64,000 nucleotides of DNA, from the NCBI GenBank assembly GCA_963674595.2, contig CAXXFV010000026.1, forward strand, positions 32,001-96,000. Reading direction: 5' to 3'. Made by a program: the position numbers and the translations under genes. Positions 52,242 to 61,744 of the stretch are shown here, piece by piece (the stretch's first letter is position 1; each line of letters starts with the position of its first letter). The notes below the pieces were generated by a model. The model was not told the DNA's origin. It searched no databases and worked only from the letters and a program-made list of their open reading frames with translations. This stretch comes from a bacterium (GTDB lineage: Bacteria; Zhuqueibacterota; Zhuqueibacteria; Residuimicrobiales; Krinioviventaceae).

Positions 52242-52299
52242 ATAATTATTGAGGATTGGAGGTGGGTGAGGGGCTTGAATCCAAGTCAAACACGTGTTA

Positions 52300-52418
52300 C
52301 CCTTCGACTCCGCTCAGGGTGACATGGTTTAGAATTACCCTTCTGTCATCCCGAGCGGCGTCAAGGGATGTTCTTAAACCTGTCTCCTTTCCACCCTTCG
52401 ACTTCGCTCAGGGTGACA
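52300..52418. repeat. CCCTTCGACT(C/T)CGCTCAGGGTGAC repeat cluster (family D)
   Basis: Copies at 52300, 52344 (inverted) and 52394; another at 63479. Confidence 0.8.
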
Positions 52419-52465
52419 CTGCTTCGGCTCGCAGAGAGAGGAACCTCAGCTGACCGGGTAAAAAA

Positions 52466-52942
52466 TCACTGTGAATCTCTTCTCAACGCATTTCTAGAAG
52501 CCTTGTCCACCAGTCCAAAAAACCTGTGGACATCATCTTTTTGGTTTGATGGCTGATGTCCGCGTACCTTGATAAATTCACAATCCATTTTATCAGTCAG
52601 CCTGTAAAACTCTATATACAGATCGTAATTGTTGAGACGCTTGCCTTTTTTTGAATGATAATCGTTTTTTTCAAATCGTTCACGTCTGCCATTTAATCCG
52701 GTAATGTTTTGAGAATCCGTATACACAATCACTTTACGTTTACAAGTTTGAATATCGTCCAGGGCCCATAATAACGTCTGCAATTCCAGTTTTGTTGAAG
52801 ATGTATTCTCAAATCGTTTTACTTTAATGCTCGGTATGGTGTCCGGAGAAAGCTCTGTTTCAGACGTGACAAGGTAAGCGCCATATCCAATATTTGATTG
52901 ATTATCCACGCTTACATCTGTAAAAAGAAATAGTTTATCCAT
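52466..52942 (-). CDS. ribonuclease H-like protein
   Basis: FTDVS, KLELQ, YTDSQ, KVRGH, VDKASR acidic catalytic pattern. Confidence 0.8.
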   Translation of the reverse strand: MDKLFLFTDVSVDNQSNIGYGAYLVTSETELSPDTIPSIKVKRFENTSSTKLELQTLLWALDDIQTCKRKVIVYTDSQNITGLNGRRERFEKNDYHSKKGKRLNNYDLYIEFYRLTDKMDCEFIKVRGHQPSNQKDDVHRFFGLVDKASRNALRRDSQ

Positions 52943-53164
52943 AAAACTCTTACTTGATATTTGCCGGGTCCTTGATAAATATACAGATTACAACCGGTAT
53001 TATTTTTTTGTGACTCGCTCGCAGGGGATATGCAATCCCCTGAGGAATCAATGAAAAGGGGATTGTATCCCCATTCCAAATATCTGAAAAAATCAATTTA
53101 TAAACAATTAGAACATTTCCGATTTTACGATGTTCTCGCAGAAGAAAATTTTAATCCCGGCAAA

Positions 53165-53713
53165 TCACGAAAAATAATTATTATAAAATACATGAATTAT
53201 AAAATAATAATTCAAGTGCAAATCAAAAAACATGATAAAATAAATCAGAATAAACGTAATAAAATTTATATCCAATTTGTGAAATAGGTTGTAAATTTTG
53301 GTGAAAATTAAAGCAATAAAAATCATCGCAGATGAAATCAGTCCATTAAAGAGGAAATAATATTTGAACTTTAATGCTACCTCTATTACCATATATGGGC
53401 TTAGATCATTGGCTAATTCTATAATCCTGTAAATATTTTCAAGATTTATTATGGCACAGGCAAAATAAAGAATGAAATGAATAAATATCAGGTTTACTTT
53501 TATAGATTTTAACTTTACAATATTAAGATAATATAACCATAACAGAACGATTAAAAAATAATTGATCAATGCATAATATTTAATCATGTTGGATATGAAA
53601 TATTTATGCGAAAATATAAAATAAAAATCTATCAGATAAACCATTAATATTGTTACATTAAAAACACTAAAAAGGTTTTTTCTCTGAAATTTCGAATTTT
53701 TGTCTGGTTTCAT
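53165..53713 (-). CDS. multi-TM membrane protein
   Basis: Hydrophobic, AT-rich ORF. Confidence 0.45.
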   Translation of the reverse strand: MKPDKNSKFQRKNLFSVFNVTILMVYLIDFYFIFSHKYFISNMIKYYALINYFLIVLLWLYYLNIVKLKSIKVNLIFIHFILYFACAIINLENIYRIIELANDLSPYMVIEVALKFKYYFLFNGLISSAMIFIALIFTKIYNLFHKLDINFITFILIYFIMFFDLHLNYYFIIHVFYNNYFS

Positions 53714-54140
53714 GGTACCTGTATATAATTGTTATTGTTCTGTCGGTTTCATGCACGACTTGTGACAGGGTAGATGCATTATTTAAATAGGGTAATAGTT
53801 CCTTGTTTTTTTGCACAAGCCTCACAATTTCCGGGCCTGATTTTTCAAAATCAATAGCTATCGAGTTTTTTCCTTTGGAGTAAAAATGAAAAGAAACAGA
53901 GGGCTCTTTTCCAACGAAAACTCGGTATACGGTGAAATTTATGAATACGTTAATTTTGTTTTCCTTAAAAAATTTCGAATTTTCAAGTTCGTTTTTAATT
54001 TTATCAGCAACCGTTCTAACCGAATCTTCCTTGTTTTCGATAGATTGAATATCTGATTTTATCCGGTTTTCTGCAAACTTTATATTATAACCTATACCCA
54101 CAATTATAAACAGTATGTTTAAGAAAATAATAATTTTCAT
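53667..54140 (-). CDS. exported hypothetical protein
   Basis: N-terminal hydrophobic anchor; GAGG RBS. Confidence 0.55.
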   Translation of the reverse strand: MKIIIFLNILFIIVGIGYNIKFAENRIKSDIQSIENKEDSVRTVADKIKNELENSKFFKENKINVFINFTVYRVFVGKEPSVSFHFYSKGKNSIAIDFEKSGPEIVRLVQKNKELLPYLNNASTLSQVVHETDRTITIIYRYHETRQKFEISEKKPF

Positions 54141-54162
54141 GCTTAAATCCTCTGTTCCGCTC

Positions 54163-55886
54163 GGGGCTGTATCAGAAGCCCCAAAAACTGCAATTCAATA
54201 AAGTAATTTTAGTATTATTTAGAAACAAAGCCTGCTTTAAGAGAAGCGGGCTTTATATTTTTTTAATTTCCTGATTTTTTATAGTATTTTCGGATATTAA
54301 ATGCCAAGCATAGCAACCCAAATTCATGGTTTACTTTTTCAATTCCCCTTAAACTAAATTTACTGAATTTTTGGTTTTTTTTGAAATCAGCAAACGGGGT
54401 TTCCACTTCATTGCCTCTTTTTTTACGGAGTTTTATACCTTTTTCAGAATTCAAATTCTTGCGGGCTTTTGCCTTGAATTTTTCCAATTCACGATTTATC
54501 TGCACTGTTCGATTTCCGAAACCTCTTTTACATTTTTCTGCATGCGGACAACCGTCACAATCTTCACATTCATAAACACGCTGTTGATTGAGGAACCCTG
54601 TTGCTGTTGTTCTGGTCCTTATATCCCGGAACCAAAGCGCTCTGTCTGCGGGACAATAGAAGCAATCCTGCTGCTCATCATATCTCATATTATCTCGATG
54701 AAAGATATTTTGACGAAAACTACGGCTTTGTTCTCGATGGAACGAACCATATTTCAAAAAGTTTTCTATTTTATATTCAGACAAAAGTAAATAGTTTTCA
54801 TGATTGCCATAGCCACAGTCTCCGGTATAGGTCTCTGGAATAAATTTTTCATTCCGCTTGACGATCTTGAAAAGATGGGCTGGAAAGCTGGCTGAGTCCG
54901 ATGCATTTTGACCAACAGAATAATTGACAAGAAATTGGTGGTTGGTACTGATTTGCACATTATAGGCAGGCCGAAGCGTTTCATCTTTCATTCGCATAAA
55001 GGTCGCGTCGGTGTCTGTTTTGGAATAAGAGTTGCGTCCGGCAAGTTTATTTTCCTGGTCCTCATATTTGGCCAATTTTTCCGATTCCTTCTTTAGCTTG
55101 TTGGCCCGGCTTTTTAAAGAGCGGGCCTTTTTCTTATTCCCTTCTTTTTCCAGTCGTTCGTTGATTTCTTCTGCAACCTTTTCAATGTTCTCAACCGTGA
55201 TGTCCGAATGCTCTCCCCGTTCCGGTAGATCGCTTTCCCCATATTTCAAGTCCTCTTCAGCATTAAGCTCATCAATCTCGTGAAATAGGGATTGGACCCG
55301 TTGCTTTACAGCGGCTTTATAACGTTCGGTATTTTTTCTCCACACGTAGGTGTATTTACCTGCGTTTGCCTCAAATTTACTGCCATCAACAAAATAATCT
55401 TTTAAATCAATATAGCCTTCTGCTTCTAAAAACAGCAATACCTGGCTAAAAATATCTTCCATCGTGTTGCGAAAGTACTCACTGCGAAAACGATTTACTG
55501 TATTAAAATCAGGACGGCTCATACCGGAAAGCCACATAAAGGGTAAATCTTCACGCAGTGCTTTGGCGATTTTACGACAACTATAAATATGGCAAATATA
55601 AGCATATAAAATAACTTTGAGCATCATTCGCGGATGATAGGACGGTGTGCCGCCTCCGCTAAAACGATCTTCTATGGATTTTGAAGAAATTCGATCTATT
55701 ACAGAATCCAATACCCGGACCAGATGGTTTTTGTCTATAAATTCATCCAGGCTCGGTGGCAATAACATTATTTGGTTCTGATGGACTTCTCTAAACTTTT
55801 TCATCCGCTCCTACTCGTATTACTTTCCTTTTTTTAAAATTATACTTATTTTTTATCTTATTATAAAGAACTTTTGATACAGCCCC
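54163..55886 (-). mobile_element. IS1182-family insertion sequence
   Basis: Terminal inverted repeats GGGGCTGTATCA(G/A)AAG at both ends around a transposase. Confidence 0.88.
54263..55804 (-). CDS. IS1182-family DDE transposase
   Basis: YHPRMMLKVILYAY, PDFNTVNRFR, VDGSKFEANA, SKTDTDATFMRMK, VETPFA. Confidence 0.93.
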   Translation of the reverse strand: MKKFREVHQNQIMLLPPSLDEFIDKNHLVRVLDSVIDRISSKSIEDRFSGGGTPSYHPRMMLKVILYAYICHIYSCRKIAKALREDLPFMWLSGMSRPDFNTVNRFRSEYFRNTMEDIFSQVLLFLEAEGYIDLKDYFVDGSKFEANAGKYTYVWRKNTERYKAAVKQRVQSLFHEIDELNAEEDLKYGESDLPERGEHSDITVENIEKVAEEINERLEKEGNKKKARSLKSRANKLKKESEKLAKYEDQENKLAGRNSYSKTDTDATFMRMKDETLRPAYNVQISTNHQFLVNYSVGQNASDSASFPAHLFKIVKRNEKFIPETYTGDCGYGNHENYLLLSEYKIENFLKYGSFHREQSRSFRQNIFHRDNMRYDEQQDCFYCPADRALWFRDIRTRTTATGFLNQQRVYECEDCDGCPHAEKCKRGFGNRTVQINRELEKFKAKARKNLNSEKGIKLRKKRGNEVETPFADFKKNQKFSKFSLRGIEKVNHEFGLLCLAFNIRKYYKKSGN

Positions 55887-55950
55887 GAAACCAATGAAAA
55901 GGGGATTGCATCCCCAATCCAAATATCTGAAAAAATAAATTTATAAACAA

Positions 55951-56496
55951 TTAGAACATTTCCAGTTTTTCGATGTTCATAATCGAATGATCATCGAGAA
56001 TGTAATTACGTGCGCTGCTGTATTGCTAATCTTCAGGACTGGCAACAAAGCCTTTTCTGCCCGGATTATGGTGCATATATAACAGCTTTTGGCGGCAAAC
56101 TTTTTCCGTATATAAAATTTGGGGATGATATTCATCCTGCCATATTTTATATTTGCGGTCTCCCGTTTCGCTTTCGGCTGTTTTTTTGAAAACATACAGT
56201 AATAATTTTTGATTATCTTTTTCCATCTCGTTTGAAATCGCTTTGGATGTATATTTCTTCATATCACGCATCACGTCCTGAAACCGAAATCCTATGTCGG
56301 TTTGGGCTATCAAGTGAAAGTGATTAAGCATAATCACATAACCAGAAACATGCAAACCTTTATTTTCTCGGCAATATTTGAGACTGTCAATAATGATTTG
56401 AAAATATCTCTGTTCAACAAAAACCGGCAGCCATTCTATGATCGTGTGAGTAGTGAAATAAATACCATTTTCATCTATTGTTTTATATCTTCCCAT
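55951..56496 (-). pseudogene. REP-associated tyrosine transposase (RAYT) with premature TAG at 56026-56028
   Basis: YFTT, YVIMLNHFH (HUH), WQ, YMHHNP; the frame continues past TAG as QYSSARNY...EMF*. Confidence 0.85.
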
Positions 56497-56629
56497 TAAA
56501 GGCCCCTTTTAAGTATCGTTTTAAGGAGTTCGATTTCAGTTCGTTGAGTACAGGGCATCAGGGAATATAATTCCCAATACCATTTGTTCCGCAGAGGATT
56601 GCAAATCCTCTGCGAGCGAGGTTAATATA

Positions 56630-57913
56630 TCAATCAATATTATTTATCTTCTTTAAATAGTCAAGCTTTTCTTGGATCAACTTAATATCAAAACTTATTG
56701 TATCAGTTGTAATTTCTTCGCTGTATTTTTTATTGAACAGACATTGAGCATAGGTGTGATATATTGGCACTTTAAAGCAAAATTTTGAAGACCTTTTTAA
56801 TATAATACCACCTTTTTTACTTGTTGTTAATGATTTTAGATAAGTGGACAAGTTCCCTGAAGGATAATTAGGTTCATATTTATGGATTTTTGAAAGTATA
56901 TCGTTATATTCTGCGCCTTCAATATCAAATTCTGATAGAGCTCTAAATATGAGTTGTGCGTTTTTAAATTTTCCTTTTCTCTGTTCTAGAGCGTTTTCAA
57001 AATCTGATTGTATTGTATCTGATGAATCATTGACATAAGCTTCAATTGCTGATTTTAATGCCTCTTCTGTTACTCTTATTTCTTCTTCTTCGTATACATA
57101 TCTATTCAAATTGAAGCAGACATGTAAACATATTGAGTGACAAACCGAAGGGACACCATTTGCTAATTTTACAATCCTCTCAATTAAGAAATTCGGCATT
57201 ATAATATTTAATTGAGAAAAGCCCATTGTTGGTATTTGCCGTATTTCGTCATCCGTCATTAGTGGTACAAAGATTTCAGCAACTCTATTTTTTAGTTCAA
57301 CGTCAAATTGTATTACCTCCCTTCCTGTTCCTACAGCTCCAATACAAATAATTTTTATATCAGGATACTCTTCTGCCATATCCATAAAGAGTTTCATTGA
57401 TTGAGATAGCTTTGATTTTTCGGTTTCTAAAACTTTATGAAAATCTTCAAGAACTAGACAACATTTTGCATTTCCTAAAAATCTAGCCAGTGTTTGAATC
57501 GTTAACATCGGCGGAATAATCCTTTTGAGTGATTCTGATTTATCTTGTGAGCTTGAACGACCTAATTCTGCTTTAATTAATTTGTAATCTGACGATAGTT
57601 TCATTGATTTCTGTGTACTTGTACTATTTGTTGTACTATCCATATAAAAAGGATTCAACTCATCAAAAGCTTGCAAAATTAAGTCTTCATATGTTAAACT
57701 TGCAGTGCATCTTACAGTGATATGATCTTCATATATTTGATGTAATTTATTAACTATTAAGGTTGTTTTTCCGCTCCCAGAATGTCCATAAATTACGATC
57801 TGTTTACCGGGAGTTCTTAATGAGTTTACAATTTGACTATCGACTGATGATCGTTCTACAAACGTTAATCTTGCTGGAGTTGATGGGGTAAAAACTTTAA
57901 TAGCTTCTACCAT
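56630..57913 (-). CDS. P-loop AAA/STAND-like ATPase with C-terminal winged-helix-like region
   Basis: VFTPSTPA, GHSGSGKT, LVLEDFH, ANGVPS. Confidence 0.8.
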   Translation of the reverse strand: MVEAIKVFTPSTPARLTFVERSSVDSQIVNSLRTPGKQIVIYGHSGSGKTTLIVNKLHQIYEDHITVRCTASLTYEDLILQAFDELNPFYMDSTTNSTSTQKSMKLSSDYKLIKAELGRSSSQDKSESLKRIIPPMLTIQTLARFLGNAKCCLVLEDFHKVLETEKSKLSQSMKLFMDMAEEYPDIKIICIGAVGTGREVIQFDVELKNRVAEIFVPLMTDDEIRQIPTMGFSQLNIIMPNFLIERIVKLANGVPSVCHSICLHVCFNLNRYVYEEEEIRVTEEALKSAIEAYVNDSSDTIQSDFENALEQRKGKFKNAQLIFRALSEFDIEGAEYNDILSKIHKYEPNYPSGNLSTYLKSLTTSKKGGIILKRSSKFCFKVPIYHTYAQCLFNKKYSEEITTDTISFDIKLIQEKLDYLKKINNID

Positions 57914-57975
57914 ATTTTGTTCCTCACTTTAATGTAGCATACAGTTCAACTATTATCTTCAATTAATTATATAAT

Positions 57976-57998
57976 GCTGCGATAAAACCACAGCCTAC
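57976..57998 (-). repeat. degenerate REP family A copy
   Basis: GCTGCGATAAAACCACAGCCTAC. Confidence 0.55.
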
Positions 57999-58057
57999 TT
58001 GATGAATGTGTCTGTAAAGAAAACATGTAGTTCTTCACGTCCATATACATGAAATTG

Positions 58058-58991
58058 TTAAATATTTAATTGCATTAATAGACTGTAAGAATTTGAATAT
58101 ATTTGTTCATGTGAATGCAATAAGATTTGATTATTATAATAATCAACATCGCTTTTGTTTAATGTGTAATTTTTTTTATTTGACATATTTATCATTATGA
58201 GAGATCAATATAGCAAGTTTGGGTGATATTGGATAATAGATTTCCATATCTGTAACAGGTGTAGAAGTATTCGTATGTGAAGCTTTCGCCAAAATGTTAA
58301 TTACAGGTTGATCTCCTGTTATCAATGAATTAAAGGTATCATTCTCAAACAATGTTAATTTAAATTCATCCTTATGAATAAATAAGTAATTTGCTATATT
58401 TAAAGCAAACATGTGACTCAGCACATTCCAAATGTTATTTATGTTGATACTATTAGTATCTTTTATAGTTGATACTATATTTGATTTCATTTTTTTTGTT
58501 CTAAAGTATTGTGTACAAAGAAATATTAAAAATGTCAAGTACTCTTCATCTAAATTCACAAAATTAGTATTTTTATTTAGCAGTGAATGAAGATGTGATA
58601 TAGAATCTTGTTCAATTTTTGTATGAAAGTCTTCTGCTAGGTTATTTATAGCTATATCGATTTCTTTAAGATAATTATTATCGTTATAGCCATTTAAATC
58701 TAACAAATCAATCATCCTGAAAATTGAATTAAACAAAATTAAATAATCGTGTTGAAGTGGTTGTAAATGTTTTGGAGAATTATTAATAAAATGTTTTAAA
58801 AAATTGATATCATTTGTAGATAATCGTTTTAATCTATAGAAGTTCCTCATAACACCTACGCGATTTAATTTTGGATTGAATATCTTTTTATCTCTTAAAC
58901 AATATAATTTGTCATTTTTTGTCCATGGCTTCAAGTAATGTTGCCAAACATAATGTTGGTTTTTCTTTTTTTGTATGAATAATTTTTTCAT
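58058..58991 (-). CDS. DUF4238-family protein; probable frameshift near 58185
   Basis: QHYVWQHYLKPW, QYFRT, LITGDQPV, PISPKLAI; C-terminus (DVDYYNNQILLHSHEQIYS) lies in another frame. Confidence 0.75.
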
Positions 58992-59071
58992 TTTAATAGA
59001 TATGTAACATAATATTAAACAAATCTGTTAGCTACCTAAAAATTATTAGATCGTGTCATAAAATTTAATTC

Positions 59072-59308
59072 AATATAATTTTCTAGCCAACACAGTCTTT
59101 CCTTATATGTGTTATTAAATCCCGCAGATAAATAATAAAGTGGAAAATCAGCAAAAGTATTATCAGGAACTCCCGTGCGCGACCAAATTATCCTGAAAAC
59201 AATCCTTTATAGCTGATAGCGAATAATACAAATTCTGAATTATCGGCGCAAGTGGTTTTTCAAAAATGTTGAAAACAAGCCAAGGGTCCAAAATTTCGAA
59301 CCCCTGCA
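59072..59308. repeat. ~230-bp dispersed non-coding repeat, copy 2
   Basis: Colinear with 35659-35890. Confidence 0.7.
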
Positions 59309-59311
59309 GGA

Positions 59312-61459
59312 TTATTTTTGAATGACCTCAAACAAAACCCCGTCATATTTATTGTCAATTTTTACACGGAATCCCTTTTGCATCAACTCTTTGCCGGACA
59401 ATTCGGCGACAATTTCATTTGAAATTTCCCTGCGAACCAGGTATGTTTTGTCCGGGTGTAAATATCTCACAAACACCTGCCGTTCTGTTTCCAGCGCGCC
59501 GTGACGGAACACGCCCACCAGTCCGCCGGATTGGGTTTCGGTGTTGATGCGCTGATAACCGTCCCATTGGCCTTCATGGGGCTCGCCGAATCCGGCCAAA
59601 TCCTGACGAAACAGCATGTAATTGTGTTTTGTTTGCAGTTCGTGCAGCCAGTGTGACATGCTTTTGATCCAGGCCTGGTCGTCTTTTGCAATTGCTAAAA
59701 TTTCACCGAGAACAATGGGAAAAACCCCGGCCACAGACCGGATGTGCAGCCGGTAATAAGGATCGTCCAGTTGCAGGTTGCCGATGACACAGGCGGATGC
59801 GGGAAGGGTCGGCGAAACAAGCCAGGCCAGGTTTCGGGCCTGCAGCGCGCCCACCGGACCGCGTTCATAAATGTTGGAAAGCCAGTTGCCTTCGGCGTGT
59901 TTGCACATGTCGTAATCAATCAAATGCGAGGCGCCCATGGTTTCATAGGTACAGTCGATAAAAAGCTCAGGGAATTGCCGGTGCAGGTCGTCAAACACCT
60001 GCCAGGCCGAACGGTAAATCGGCAGGTACGAATCATTCTGATCACGGTGCCCCGGATGGTTCGTTGCATGGCACCCGGACATGTCCCGGTCGTACATATA
60101 GGCGCTGGTGGCAATTGCCAGGTCGAGTTTGACATAATTTAAATCCAGGGCCTTTACCTTTTCGGCAATAACGTCCCGGATATAATCCGCCCAACCGGTT
60201 GTCATGCAGGCGGTTACATTGGCCGGCTGGATGCCGTGCACACACATGGGCTGACCGTTTTTGTCCAGAATAAACCAGTCGGGATGTTCTTTATAAACCG
60301 CACTGTATTTTGACGCCATTGCCAGACTGAGCCACAAACCCCGGCGCAGGCCTTTTTGTTTGATATAGGAATATACCGACTCCAGTCCGTTGGGGTATTT
60401 TTCAGGATTGACAACATAATCCCCGCATTTAAAGGCCCAATCCACATCCTTTTTCGTATCTTTTATCGTATACCAGCCCGCATCCAGGGTGATCTCTTCT
60501 ATGCCGCATTCGGCGGCAGCATCGGTCAGTTTTCTTAAAAGCGAGTCATCCACGGTAGCGCGGTAGGGTTTCCAGTGATTGTATGCCAGCGACGGAAAAT
60601 GAGACACCGTTGCCAGGCGAATACCCATATAGCGCCGTGTAAAATCCTGCACCGGCCCCTCGATAGCCTGAAACGGATCATCGGTATCGCGATACAGGCA
60701 CAAAAACGTCCAGGGACTTGTCCAGCGTTCCTGCGGTTCAAGCCATTTGCGAAAGGCATATTCCTGGTCCGCATGGGTAAGACCGATGGAAAAATTAAAA
60801 GCGTCGGTAAAAGTGCTGATGCGTTTAATAACGCCCGGCGTTTCATTGCCAAGCACCAGGCCCCGTTTTTCTTCAACATGGTGGAGCGCCACAGCCGGAT
60901 CGTGCCAATTGCCCGGATAGGGACCTGTTACCTTGTGTCTGGCATAATTGGTCATGGAATAACAGCGGCCGTCCCTGTCAAAAAACTCTAAATTTTCAAC
61001 ATCCACTGCTTCAAGATTGATGTCCTGATCGCCCATATTGACAACCGCCAGTTTTTTGCGGATGACAGGCGTTTGGGGATAAAGCAGGTAGGTAATTTCA
61101 AGGACAAGCCTGGGGGACCGGTTTCTTTCAAGGGTCACCGTGGCGCCGTTGCCCTGATGTTCATCGGCTGCCTTTTTGATGTTTTTAAGCGTCCATCCGT
61201 CCATACCGGATATGGGCAGATCATCGCATTCAAAATAAAATTCGTTGCTGCTGTTTTGGACAAAATTCGTATCCCCTTTGCAGAATGCCAGTCTTGATGT
61301 GGAGACAGATGTTTTTTGCGGATTGAACTGAATGACCCGTTTGACCAGGCCGTTATCCAAATTCAATTGCGAATCGTCCCAGGAGGCATAGTCACCGGCA
61401 CATAATAAAGAGGCAAACAACATGATTAAAAGCGAAAATACCGATAACATCTGTTTCAT
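59312..61459 (-). CDS. GH36-like alpha-galactosidase, secreted
   Basis: YNHW, LDAGW, GLWL, HPDW, YVKLD; signal peptide; GGAGG RBS. Confidence 0.85.
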   Translation of the reverse strand: MKQMLSVFSLLIMLFASLLCAGDYASWDDSQLNLDNGLVKRVIQFNPQKTSVSTSRLAFCKGDTNFVQNSSNEFYFECDDLPISGMDGWTLKNIKKAADEHQGNGATVTLERNRSPRLVLEITYLLYPQTPVIRKKLAVVNMGDQDINLEAVDVENLEFFDRDGRCYSMTNYARHKVTGPYPGNWHDPAVALHHVEEKRGLVLGNETPGVIKRISTFTDAFNFSIGLTHADQEYAFRKWLEPQERWTSPWTFLCLYRDTDDPFQAIEGPVQDFTRRYMGIRLATVSHFPSLAYNHWKPYRATVDDSLLRKLTDAAAECGIEEITLDAGWYTIKDTKKDVDWAFKCGDYVVNPEKYPNGLESVYSYIKQKGLRRGLWLSLAMASKYSAVYKEHPDWFILDKNGQPMCVHGIQPANVTACMTTGWADYIRDVIAEKVKALDLNYVKLDLAIATSAYMYDRDMSGCHATNHPGHRDQNDSYLPIYRSAWQVFDDLHRQFPELFIDCTYETMGASHLIDYDMCKHAEGNWLSNIYERGPVGALQARNLAWLVSPTLPASACVIGNLQLDDPYYRLHIRSVAGVFPIVLGEILAIAKDDQAWIKSMSHWLHELQTKHNYMLFRQDLAGFGEPHEGQWDGYQRINTETQSGGLVGVFRHGALETERQVFVRYLHPDKTYLVRREISNEIVAELSGKELMQKGFRVKIDNKYDGVLFEVIQK

Positions 61460-61564
61460 TTCAGGATACCTCCGTGCAGCGCGTTATGGCTGTTGTGATT
61501 TTGGGTTATATGGGGATGTTTTTTTACCGGTTACCGGCATGGTGCCGTTCCGGTCCGCATGGTA

Positions 61565-61600
61565 AAAATACAAAAGAAAAAAACAGATTGCCAGTGTAAA
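61565..61600 (-). promoter_or_regulatory. putative sigma70-like promoter, copy 2
   Basis: TGGCAA-17 bp-TATTTT; near-identical to 52206-52241. Confidence 0.5.
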
Positions 61601-61641
61601 AATTTATAGGAGGGAGGGGGATAGCTGATTCACAGAGGCGG

Positions 61642-61710
61642 CAGGTGGCAGAGACGCGATTAATCGTGTCTCTGCCACCTGCTTGCAGGGGATTTGCAAA
61701 TCCTCCAGCG
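61642..61710. repeat. REP-like palindromes (GCAGAGACGCGATTAATCGTGTCTCTGC; GCAGGGGATTTGCAAATCCTCC)
   Basis: Long hairpin; relatives at 63668-63694, ~63590 and 53021. Confidence 0.65.
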
Positions 61711-61744
61711 GCGAAGCAACAACATGTCAGGTTCGCATTGTTAA

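Larger units (their letters stand above)
53014..56620. mobile_element. RAYT-associated unit bounded by 40-bp inverted palindromic repeats
   Basis: 53014-53053 and 56581-56620 match 34/40 as inverted repeats; contains RAYT, two cargo ORFs and IS1182. Confidence 0.55.
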
